This document shows positions 1-11,500 of a stretch of DNA of 64,000 nucleotides, piece after piece. The translations under genes and the position numbers were made by a program. This stretch comes from Phoronis australis (taxonomy: Eukaryota > Animalia > Phoronida), in assembly GCA_002633005.1 (NCBI GenBank), contig NMRA01000250.1, positions 470,907-534,906 of the forward strand, read 5' to 3'. The stretch's first letter is position 1. Every line of letters starts with the position of its first letter. Under the pieces are notes generated by a model. It worked only from the letters and a program-made list of their open reading frames with translations, ran no database searches and had not been told where the DNA came from.

Positions 1-1
1 C

Positions 2-2176
2 AGGGAATTTTACTAACCGACTTCTGAGAATTCTGTCACTCTCAGGATCATAAACAAGATATGCGGGACTCCCCCTGTCATATCCAACAAAAATACCCCT
101 TATGCTTTTTGCATCAAGTTTCTTCCTCTTGGGGTCATTATCATATGCATAACACACGCTTCCGAAAATATGCATGTTGCTTACATCGGGTTGTCGTCCA
201 GTGAACCCTTCCACTGGGGTTTTCTTAATATTTGAGTTGAAACATCTGTTTCTAATATATGCAGCAGACATAACCGCATAAGTCCAAAATCTTTTTGGCA
301 AATTGGCATTTATCAACAAGCATCTGGCCATTTCAAATAAAGTGCGCCACCCTCGTTCAACTGTCCCATTTTGGTGTGGGGAATAGGGGGCCGACTTTTC
401 GTGTTTAATACTGTGGCTCAACATGAGCTCCTGAAATTCGCTCGATGTAAATTCTGTACCATTGTCGGTACGCATACGCTTCACTTCTCCATAGGGTGCA
501 CAGTCTGCTATAAAACGTTTTGTGGCCTTGACTGTGTCTGACTTCTGTTTCATAAAATATACCATATTCACCCCACTAAAATCATCAACGAAGGATATTG
601 CATATCTAAATCCATCTTTTGAAATGGGATCAATCGGTCCTGCCAAATCACAATGAACGAATTCTAATGCTTTCGTACTGCGGGCATCTGGATTCCTATT
701 CCTAGTATTAGTCATTTTCCCCAGAGTACAAACGTCACAATCCACCTTAGCCTTGTCAGTAATTTTCATACCTCTAACAACGGTTTCTAATCTCAATACG
801 TCATCATTGTTACAATGGCCAAAAATTTTGTGCCATGTACACAGGTCATGCTCTCTGACTTTATTTGCTGTGTCAGAAGCCAATACATCCAAATAATCCA
901 TATAATACAATTTTCCACGTTTTTCAATTTCGAATTCTGTCCCTTCACGAGCAATTAATTTTGCATTTTCTGATTCAAAAATCACTGAAGCTCCATTAGC
1001 AACAGCAGCCTGGACAGAGAATATTTCCTGTGGATAGCTTGGTATGTACAAAACATTTGTCAATGTGGAACAGATGACATTGCCCTCACTGTCTATTAGC
1101 CTAATGTCAACATCACCACGTGCCTGTGCTATACCAGTTGTCCTAGTCCCATCTGCCAATTCTATGCAGTGACTAGACGGATCAAATTTCTCATCAAAAC
1201 ATTTAAACTTAGACCTGTCTGTAACAATATGGGATGTTGCCCCAGTATCAACTAACAGTTTGTTTACTAACATCTGATCATGTTTAAACCTATCATCGCT
1301 AACCTTAAAACTGAAATCATTAAATCTACTTCCCTGCTGGTCTTGTTCCTCAGCTGCTTTGTGGGCTTTACTTGTGCCTTTCCTTCTTCGGCAATCCTCG
1401 AAATTGTGGGAGCTGTTTTTACACAGTCTGCACCATCTTCTTTTAGTTCTGCAATCTTGTGCTTTATGTCCTTTTCGACCGCACGTCCAACATTCCACTG
1501 GTTTCTTCTGTCGGTAGGTCGCCGACCTCATTACGGAGTCTTCTGTTTGTCTCGCATTTTCATTTTCTTCAAAAGACTTTAACTTCACTTTGAAGTCTCC
1601 AAACGTTATTTTATCTGTGTTCTGAGACACATAAACGATGAAGGGTCCGAATTTGTCTGGTAATCCCTTCATCGCCATTGCGATCAACAGGCTATCACTT
1701 ATAACCTCTTCCGCTGTTCGCAGGTAAGTTGCGGCACGTTCTGCCCTGATTAGATAGTCTGTCACAGACTCATTAGCTTCCATTTTTAGTGCCGTCAGTT
1801 CGCTGTATAGCCCAATTATTCGTGGCTTACTGCACCCCGTATAATGTTCTCGTAAAATCTTGAGTGCCTCACGGCCGTCATTTCTCGCATCTCGAATTAT
1901 TAAGTTCAAACTTCTGTCGTCCAAGTATTGAACTAGTTCGCAGAATGCTTCTTCATTCTTCTCATCATCGACGGTTTCCGCGTCGGATTCAATTGTCGCT
2001 TTCAGATCTAGCGATTTCAAATGTCCGAGAAACTTAATTTCCCACAGTTCATACCTTCTTTCATCTCCATCAAAACATAGCCGACTCAGTCTTCCTGAAC
2101 CTCTACTCACGCTAGTGCTGGAACTGCTGGCCGTACTGGGCCCATAACCTGTTGATGTGCTAGCAGTGAAAGGCAT
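2..2176 (-). CDS. Copia gag-pol polyprotein, 3'-partial (about 725 codons in window)
   Basis: Manual translation: MPFTASTSTGYGP...RLCFDGDERRYELWEIKFLGHL (gag); zinc knuckle CWTCGRKGHKAQDC and a second C/H motif WCRLCKNSSHNFEDC; protease LLVDTGATSHI; integrase WHKIFGHCN...CDVC, DLAGP...VDDFSG...RTDNGTEF...SPHQNGTVER. Its absence from the ORF track is consistent with no stop before the window edge. Confidence 0.93.
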   Translation of the reverse strand, partial: MPFTASTSTGYGPSTASSSSTSVSRGSGRLSRLCFDGDERRYELWEIKFLGHLKSLDLKATIESDAETVDDEKNEEAFCELVQYLDDRSLNLIIRDARNDGREALKILREHYTGCSKPRIIGLYSELTALKMEANESVTDYLIRAERAATYLRTAEEVISDSLLIAMAMKGLPDKFGPFIVYVSQNTDKITFGDFKVKLKSFEENENARQTEDSVMRSATYRQKKPVECWTCGRKGHKAQDCRTKRRWCRLCKNSSHNFEDCRRRKGTSKAHKAAEEQDQQGSRFNDFSFKVSDDRFKHDQMLVNKLLVDTGATSHIVTDRSKFKCFDEKFDPSSHCIELADGTRTTGIAQARGDVDIRLIDSEGNVICSTLTNVLYIPSYPQEIFSVQAAVANGASVIFESENAKLIAREGTEFEIEKRGKLYYMDYLDVLASDTANKVREHDLCTWHKIFGHCNNDDVLRLETVVRGMKITDKAKVDCDVCTLGKMTNTRNRNPDARSTKALEFVHCDLAGPIDPISKDGFRYAISFVDDFSGVNMVYFMKQKSDTVKATKRFIADCAPYGEVKRMRTDNGTEFTSSEFQELMLSHSIKHEKSAPYSPHQNGTVERGWRTLFEMARCLLINANLPKRFWTYAVMSAAYIRNRCFNSNIKKTPVEGFTGRQPDVSNMHIFGSVCYAYDNDPKRKKLDAKSIRGIFVGYDRGSPAYLVYDPESDRILRSRLVKFP
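2136..2149 (-). promoter_or_regulatory. Primer-binding site complementary to the internal (anticodon-arm) part of initiator tRNA-Met
   Basis: Plus strand reads CTGGGCCCATAACC, matching the tRNAiMet anticodon region; half-tRNA priming is known for Drosophila copia and yeast Ty5. Confidence 0.9.
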
Positions 2177-2470
2177 TCTGTTCGGTTAGGAACGTTGAAT
2201 GCGCGACACAGTGCGAGAACGCGGTCCAAGGATAATACTAGTCTGAAGGAGGATAATAGTTTTATTACATACTCTTCTGCTGATACTACTGAGTCTGTTA
2301 CAATCCATGCGATCATACACTTATATAGTGACATACATGAATCATAACAGGATATAGTGAACAAACATGTTTACTGCAATTCCTCATGTTGGGGGTGTAT
2401 TATGTAACACTTAATTCTGTGAACTACTCCTACATATGCACTCACTCGGATATGAGATCATACTCTAACA
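2150..2470 (-). repeat. 5' LTR (321 bp)
   Basis: Minus strand starts TGTTAGAG and ends CATCAACA; TATATAA at about 2322-2328 and AATAAA at 2261-2266 on the minus strand. Confidence 0.85.
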
Positions 2471-5400
2471 CTTTCCCCAGTTTTGTTACGCACAGATAAA
2501 CAAACTGTGTACCGTGTTTTACCTCCACAGTTCTTCATTTTCCAATTTAACTTCCTTTTAAGTACAGCACACGGCACGATTACAGTTATTTCACTCTAAC
2601 GTGATCTCACGTAATACACGCGCTTTTTTACTTGCATAACTAAGGCAGTCGCCTTTTCAATTGAGGCAAGGGTCACAGTTTTATTTGTAGGCGAAAAGTT
2701 GTACCTATTTTACTAAACTATTAACATCCAAGGAATTGTTTTTAAAACAATTCTATTAAAAAAATAACATTTACGCAGAAATATTACGACTTTTCATCTC
2801 AGGAACTTCTGTTTTTTACTTTTTTAGTAGGCCGTTACTTTACAATAGTTCAGTCATCACCGGTTAACGAAGACTCAGTTCTTCAAACACCTTCCAATTC
2901 ATGAACGTACACGTACCTGGAATTTCCGAAAATAGGACCACTCAAAAGTACTCCCAAGGGCGTATTTTTGGAAAATGTTCCATACGGACGCCATCAATGG
3001 GTCCGGCAACTGTTCAGCTGCATTGACTGAATGATGTTTTAGTTAAAAATCTGACGGATTGTTTTAAAATACGTATATAATATTTTTCAATACAAGGTAT
3101 TGGCAAGGCTTTTTACCATCTGGGATCGCAATTTTACTCAAAGTATCATTTAAGGAGATATTGGGACCACAAATTGACCAATCACTACTGAATCACTAGT
3201 GAGAACCCGACTCTGAAATACGTTTTACGGCTAGACTCCGCGTTTGAAGCGCTACATGAGAGACTATGCTACGTTTATCCGTGGCCACAGACACAGTAGA
3301 AAAGAGTTAATGTGCAACTCCCATCTCCGATCGGAAAGTGTCTTGCCAGTATCTTCAGAGAATCAAGTCTCCGAAAGTGGCCCGGCTCAGACCGGTTGGG
3401 GAACCGAGTGAATAACAGAGTTGTTCACCTATCGAGAAAAAATGAACTAGCGTACTCTTCAGCGTGGAAGACCAGAAAACTAATGCAACGAAAACTTCGC
3501 TGAGGTGAAAATGTTGTTGTGAATAAAGTGATGCGTCCGTGTCAAAGGAACTGGAATTTAGTGTAGGTAATTGTCTGCGTATAAATGTATTACCATACCG
3601 TTCTGTCATCGTTTAGTGTGTTCTGAGACTTAGCCTACCAGTAAAAAGTCAGTGCCCACTCGCCCTCTCGCTCTGACTAAGTTTTAGCTGTTGTTTGAGC
3701 AGTCGCTGTCTCGGTATCGGCACAGCCCACTCGGCCTCGTCTTTTCTTTTTTGGCTGTCCAGCTGGTGGCCCCTCCAGAGCCATTTGTACATTTAATGCC
3801 ATAGCTAATTTCTCATGGAGAAAAGCTGAACTCAGTGCTGAGCAGCTGGCAGACAAGATCCTGAAGCCTCAAGACTCGATACTCGAGTATTTACTGACTT
3901 AACGGAAACTGTAGTCGTAGTCCTAAATCTAAGACCTAACACAGTAAATTACTGTTTTAGACCATAAACAGCCGTAGTTGCCAATTTCTTGGTGTTGACA
4001 GGACTGTCCTAATTTATCCAGGAAAAGCATTAGAATGCCCCACCAAAGTTTAAAAAACAGGCCAGGTACTGTTGGTTTTTATCTGTGTGTCGGCTTATTT
4101 TTGTGCTTTCCACACCAGGCTTATAAAGTTTACTAACTATCAAAGTGAGTATTTACCCGACACATTGGCCAAATAAATCAATTTTAGCTGTTTCTTTCAA
4201 CAAACTTTTCAACTTTCTTAATAAAAGACGAAGACTTACCTTTAAGATTAAGAGCTAGGTTCTATTTGAAATTCCACCAAGGTTGGTTTGATCAGTGGCT
4301 CTGTTTAAAAAGAAAACTGTTTTAAATTCTAGTGTCATGGTAACCATTTCATAACTTTAAAAGAAGGCAACGTGAACTTGAACAGCAGAATCTGAAGTGG
4401 CGATTTGAAGAAAAGAATTTAAATTATCAGTTCCATGGTATCAGAAAAACAAGTGTCATTTGGCCTGTAAAAATTGACTTGTTGTCCGTAATTGTTATAT
4501 GAGTAGCAAAAATCAGTTTAGTTTGCCCACAAGGCTGGAACTTCATATTTTTGTTTAGTGTGAACACTGAAGTTGTCTGGTGAATAACAAAAAATGTCCA
4601 ACTAGGTTGTGACATCGTTAAGAGGCTATTCAGGGTGAATAGAAAATTTGTGTTATTTGGCTGATTAGACTGACATTATTTCGACTAAAAGCAACTTTGG
4701 AATGTTTGCCGAGTGAATAGCAAAAAATAGTTTTTTGTTGGAAAACGTGTGACTTCATAATTATCGACTAATGAGAACTATAAATGCAATGGTCGGAAAA
4801 ATCTCACAAACCAGCTCATTTGAGAGATTTGTGAGGGTGAGTAACAAAAATCGGTTTATTTGGCTGACTTGTTGGGCAAATAGCAAAAATGTGCTTACTT
4901 AGCCGTCTTTTCAATAAAAGCAAGAAATGAGAGGCACATTGAAAAAGGGTTGATGGTGGTCATGCGTAACTGTTGAACCAATAGTTATCGCCGTGAGCTG
5001 TATACTAACCCCTCACTCCTATGAGCGTGGACATTTTGAACATGTTTGTGAATTTTGTGATTCCTGTCTAGTTTAAATTTTCAGTCGTGGAGAACATTTT
5101 GAGCTTTGGTCTTTTTTGACATTCTTTCATGTTTTGCATTGATTGAATGTAATTTTATTATCCTTCGATTTTGTTAGGACACATGCAAGAAATATGTGTT
5201 GTCAGCCATTTTGTCAGCCATGTTGTTCTTTTGATGTGAGAGTGACTTATTTTGGTCATTTGAACCAGAAAGGGTGAAGTGTGAATGGGTTGTTGATAAA
5301 TTGCTGGCAGTTCAGACTGACTTAATGTTCACTACCATGTAAACATTCTTAAGTATCATGTTCTAAAAAGAATAGTTCATGTGATTGGTGTCTCTCCACC

Positions 5401-5488
5401 CACTTCCCTAAACAGGTTTAAGACAATATTAAGCATTGTGTTTCTACTTTGCTTACAGGAGACGACATTTGGACTCCACAATGCGATC

Positions 5489-5558
5489 ATGGTTTTGGTT
5501 TATCGTGTACTTTTTGTGCTTGTGACGATCACAGTTATGACGAATGGACTACAAGAAT
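5489..5558 (+). CDS. CUB-LDLa receptor coding exon 1 (signal peptide)
   Basis: MVLVYRVLFVLVTITVMTNGLQE; acceptor ttacag just upstream, donor gtaagt, phase 1. Confidence 0.8.
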
Positions 5559-8500
5559 GTAAGTTGAGCATTCGCTGGCCTATGAACTCAAATATACCAT
5601 GGCACGTGTCAGACGTAATCTCCTAAGTTGTACCCTTTGTGAAGTTGTACCCTTTGTGAAGTTTTAAGTAAAATATTTTATGAACCCGATTGCTTTACTA
5701 GATTTGCGGACTAAAACATTTTGCCAAAATTATACCTTTTTTCGGTTTTCAAATTCTTATTTCAGGTTTTTTAACATTGTGAATGCCCACAACTTTTCAA
5801 TGTCTGAGGGTAGCTACTGTAAAGAACTTGAAATCAAAGTAATACTTTTGGTCAGGGACTCATCTGAGATTTCAAAAATGGGGTGTTCAAAATGCTTTTC
5901 CCAATTACTCAGGGCGTCCATTACAGAGACTGTGTGACTGCCTTATTTACGACCCCAATTAAATTGTAGTTATTGTGTGGTAACTGTGGAGATATGAGTC
6001 TGCAATGAAGTTCATTGTATCTTACATCACATCTTTACTAGATGTTTTACTCTAGATAGGCCAGTGTCCTCTCCCAGAGCTGTTAGGAAGTTACAAGACA
6101 CAAATACTTACTTGCTTACTTAACCATTCAAGTGCTAAGCAGGGCACCCAAATGCTGAACAGGGCGTCCTAGCTAGGATGCCTAAGTTTGAACACCATGG
6201 AAGCCTGCTGCATGAAGGCCTGTATTGGTGCTATTTATCACTAATGAACAAAAAATAAGAAAAGGGAATTTCACTCGTCCTTCATGTTATGTTCTAAATT
6301 GGTGAACTTTTACCATAACCTCCTGTAAAAAGGAATGAATTTTGGGTCCATATGAGTGGTGAAAATCCTAGGTCTTTATCATGATGGCTTTGTACTGTTT
6401 GTAAAAGGTTGAAAAGTTCGTTGCCACTTGCAGTTAGCTTTTAATGCTGGAATTGGTGTGGAAGCACACACATTCTCGGCCAAAAGCTCATTAACGATAA
6501 ACTAATCCAATCATTCCCTGCACAGTTGTGTCAGTTTGACGTTACAGTCGTCTGACTACCATAATGTAAAAATAAAAAAATAATGGTTTTGAGGATATTC
6601 AAGGCAGCAGCATAGTGCCAGCAAAAGTGACCCACATTCACTGTACATTCACAATGTTTTTGCTGCTTGCGAAAGAAGTAGCAAAAGTGCTGTTATTTTA
6701 GCTAGCGTGTGAACGGGCTCAAAGGTGTGACTATTTGTCAAGCTACATGAATTCCCAGTTTTAAAACATCTGACCAGTTCAACTTACAAGATTTCGCACT
6801 CTACCTTCAGCAAAACCACGCTGGTTTCATTTTTGTCAAACATTAATCATGAAATGTTTGCTGTAATGAAGGACTTAATTTTCTGAACTGATTAGTTTAA
6901 ACTGAGGAAAGGCATTTAAGAATTGTTCTAATGATCACTTTGATGAGTTGATGGACTGTTTTAAGAAATCAAGCATAACCTTTTGAACTTTGGTGTCAGG
7001 TAGTTGCATAGTTACCGTAAATAATACTGATTTGTGGATGCTATCGAATGTTAACACTTAACATTATGTTGACGTTAAAAAACAAGATTTATGGGTAGAA
7101 TGCCATGTTGCTTTATTATCGTGTTCAGGTTATTCTGGAAATTCTAAATGTGTATTGTATTTGTATAGTTAACTCTCAGGACAGTTTACTAATAAGCTAA
7201 TGCTATGGTGGTTATGAGATGTGTTGACACTGGCCCAGGTAGACTCCTCAAATGTAAACAGTTGAAACTGGGAGGGATTCCTTCACAGTCATATGAGTTT
7301 ATTGCCAGTGTGAGTAAAAACATCTTATCTGCAGATTTAAGGTCAATGTCTACCAGCGATAACTCTTTGAAGCTGTCTATAATATTTGGTGCATCTGCGG
7401 TGTAATAAATAGATGATAAACACGTTTACTCATCAGGTCACGGTTAGAATTAACAAAAAATTAAACTTGTACGTGTATTTTTGCTTGAACAAACTTTAGA
7501 AACTTGAAGCACAACCAATAACTTGTGAAAAGCATTCATTGAACTGTGAAAGTAAAGCAAACAGTCACTTAGAGCAGTCTGTTAGTCTGAAAGCACATTT
7601 TGTCGAATCTTGGTCATGTTGTCCTGTAAAGTTTTAGTTTAAGTCAAACTCTGCAAAGTTCAACTTGAATTTGATAAACACTTGCTTGGAAAATCTGGTT
7701 TAATTGTTCATTGATTGGAGACGTCTTCTAATTACTGAGGTGTTAAACAGATTTAAAAATTGTTGTGTTTAGTTGTTGCTACAATTGTTACAGCAGCAAA
7801 TTTCTGTTATCTCTGCGTACACCTGTGTATTGGCATGTGCTTTCATATTATTGGCGTGGGATTTAATAACATCGTATGCTGGCAGTGGTCTGTACCTGCA
7901 AATATATGGTCGATGGCCTTCTCCCAGTTGTTAGGTTTTGTTGAATTTTGCAAATCTGCTCACATGAGATGAGACACATACTTGAATGCTAACTGTTCGC
8001 TTGGATGGCATTCAAGGCTGTCAAATTATATCTGTTTGAGGTGGAAATCAATAAAATGTCCACAAACATGCTTAAATGACTTCATTTTTCACTCATCAGT
8101 TACGGTGAACTGAATGATGATAGGAAATGTACAAAAATTGATTTTCTGTTTTTGAATCTCGAAACATCATAACTCATAGTCAGGAACAAGCGATATGTGC
8201 AGTAACTCCTGTATTGACAGTGCATCATTAGAATGCTCTACGTTTTCATACCTCTTTTTCTTCTGGAGTGGTTTCCCTAAAAACACTGCTGGGATTAACA
8301 ACTGCTGACAGATTGTGTCTAAAGCACTTGGTGCTTCAATTTTGGGAACAAGTATCGGTTCCATTTCCTTCTGAAAATATTTCAAAATCGTGCGAAAATC
8401 CCCTCTCAAGCCCAAAAAGTCTCATACAATGGTAAAACAAATTAAAACATTATTTACAGTGATATGGAGCCAATATTTGGTTTCAAAATCGAGGACCCTG

Positions 8501-11500
8501 GTGAAAAACCAATATGAAGAGCGAAAATCTATGCATACACATCCTTGAGCTTAGATTTGTGGGTCACGAGTCACCAGAATCCTGAAGCTGTTCCGTAAAC
8601 TGTCGGCTGTTTCTGGATAAGATTGAGATTATGTGGGACCCAAGGAAAATGTCCATATTTGGCAAACTTCGGAATTTCATATCTCAAAAACGACCTATTG
8701 GATTCATATGAAACTTTCAAGTAGTCATACTATGCTGTTTGTATGACAGAACTCTGTTAGGAATTGTTTTTAAAATGTTCCACTTTTGCATGAGGGGCTA
8801 TCGAAAAATAGGGCTGATTTGATTGATTTTATGAAAAAGAATTAAATTTGTATAAAACAAAACGATATTTGTGACAACTAACAACATTGTTAAAATCTCA
8901 CCTTGAATATTTATATGAAATAAAATTTGATCTGATGTTATTGGTTCCATTGCTTGAGAAATGTACCTTTTTCTAAATTTTACTGAAAGACGTGGTCACG
9001 TGACCAGTTTTATATAAGATCAGTAAAATGCCAAGGATCAATTTCAGTAGCCTTTCTACTTATTCAGAAAATATACCGAGTTAAGATTTATCGTTTTAGC
9101 ATATTTGGCTGAATACGCAGACCTGTCATTCATGTCCTAAATGACCTTGAGCTACAGTGTGTTCTTGCGTCTGTGATAAACTAAATTTGAAGCTTCTTGA
9201 AATTCTGCTAAAATGAGCTTATATCTGCGCCTGTTGGCATTGCTGCTGTGAATGACGGCTATCCTTTGTCTGTATGGCGTCTCGCGCTATTTGGAAGTGT
9301 TTGCTGCTATGGTAAAAATTCTCGAATTTGGGACAGTCTCTTGAATTTGAGACACGGAAACTCCTGCAAAAATTGAATTTTCTTTTTTCTACAGTCTGAG
9401 ACAAGGACGATTTTGGTGTTCACCATGTGTTTTAAATCAGATTGGGTAATTTTTCCCTCTTTTTGGTGATTCTTGAATTTGGGACGGCCAATATTGGTTC
9501 CTTCTAAAATTTGGGACAAGCCCTAACCTTGAGCAAAATGAATTATCGAAGAATTTTTACGATAATGAAAATGACCAAGTGTTTGTTGTTGTCTGTTCTA
9601 ATATCCATTGAACTTGTCTTTATTTTGTCACCGGATGCAGATGGCATGGACCAGAACTGTGACAGGGACCAAGTGATTAGGACAGACAGTGCAATAGTTC
9701 GCTCACAGGCCACCAACAAGTACTATAGTCATGGAGTGAATTGCACTCGGCATTTCCAGGTAGGCTTAGGAATTCCTGAATCAGTTACTCAAGACTAGAC
9801 CACACGCAAAATAATGTGAATGCTCAAAAATCTGTACCGTCAAACAAATTAGATTGAGACGGTTTAATGTGCCAAGTATTCCACATTTGACCTCTGACCC
9901 AGGTGACCCCTGACCCAGGTGACCTCTGACCCAGGTGACCTCTGACTCAGATGTAGTATACTAGTAGTTGTGGAAAACTTGATGTTAGTGTTAACTCAGA
10001 AGGTAATCTTTTTCAGCATTTGAATAATTTCTTCAGACAAATGAATCTAATCAACAAATCGACTCACGAGTGAGTGTGCTAATATAAATAACCACACTTG
10101 TTGTGAACCCAGATGAGCACATGCAATCTCACTTTAAAGGGCCATACACTGATCCACCAACGAGTTCATCTTCGTCAGTATTTTTATTTTCAGAAATCAC
10201 TTTCGCATTATATCCAGGTTCTCATTCGTACCCTTACATACATTCACTAGTACGACTGAGCTCAGATAAGTAGGAGACACGTGTAAAGCTCCAAACCTGG
10301 TCTTTCTTACAGGATTCCTAAGCAAAACCAATGTGTAACACCGTCTCCACATCAGCATATAAAAAGATTGATTGAAGACCTGATAGTGTTGTCTGATTAA
10401 GTTTATCATGGATCTCTTGCAAGCTTGCGTTATATTTGTGATTGGATGGACTTGTGCGTTACCTGTAACCCTTTTGGGGTGGGGCCTCTTCCACCTGATA
10501 ACATCATCGGTCGTGGTCATTCCAAATTCTGACCAGTGCGATACCTTTGTGATGAGAAACAATGATAGTATGAAATCCTGAAAAAACCCTGAGGCAGTGG
10601 TATTTCCCACCACCCACCCATTGTGGCAGTTACGAAAATCAACAATGAAAACTGCTATCCATGTTAATACAGTTTTCAACCACACCCTCTTGTGGTTGGC
10701 ATCTTTTTTGTTCGTTCAATCGAAATGATATCACCACCAATACCACAAAGCCAAATTACACTATACCTTACTGCAAGGCAAAGTGCCCTTTGGGGGAGGG
10801 GCCCTAGGCTCCATTGAGGATACTCCTATGCCTTGGATAACATCTTTGAATGCTTAATTGTAATTACTACATACATTAAGTGGTCGTACGTTTTTCCAGG
10901 CCACGAGACAACAGTTCTTCATTCAGGTGCAGTCGATGGACATTTATAAAGGTCTCTATGGCAACTGCACTGAAGATTACCTCTCTATCTCTGAACTACG
11001 AAGTGATGGTTCAGAGCACAAGGTAAGTTCACAAGTGTGGATTCTGTAAAACAAAAAACATGATTTTATAATGATTTGCGTTTCATATATTCATAGAAGT
11101 TTGATTGATTGGTAAAGCAGTTTAAAATTCACCGCACTGCACCAACTCAATTTAATGTTCTTGATAAGCCTGAGCAGTAACAGTTTTATAACTTGGCATT
11201 TCCACGCTGATTGATTTCAAAAACAAGCCAAATGAAAAGCCACAGAGTTTACTTAAAGCTTCTCTTCCACTCCCCATTTCAGTTATAAAATCAAAAATTG
11301 TGCCCATTCTGATTTTATTTTGATGGTAACTTCATTTTAATGGAGTAATTGAAATCAGTCCTACTGATCGTCAGGTTAATTCCTATGACATAATTGCAAC
11401 GATTGCAACGTTCAGATGAAAGATAACTACCGTATTCGCCATAATAACCGCCCAGGGCGCTTAGAAAAGTTTGTTTCGGGGGGGNGGGGGGGCGCTTATT

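Larger units (their letters stand above)
1..2470 (-). mobile_element. Ty1/copia LTR retrotransposon, 5' half (5' LTR, PBS, gag, protease, integrase); continues beyond window start
   Basis: LTR 2150-2470 with TG...CA ends on minus strand, PBS GGTTATGGGCCCAG directly after it, and domain order gag-PR-IN (integrase before RT is the copia order). Confidence 0.95.

Noticed and set aside
1280-1582. 100-aa plus-strand ORF
   Set aside because: Antisense shadow of the copia gag frame.
10197-10830. 162-aa minus-strand ORF / possible LINE 5' fragment
   Set aside because: No recognisable domain or splice support; any LINE resemblance is too weak to call.
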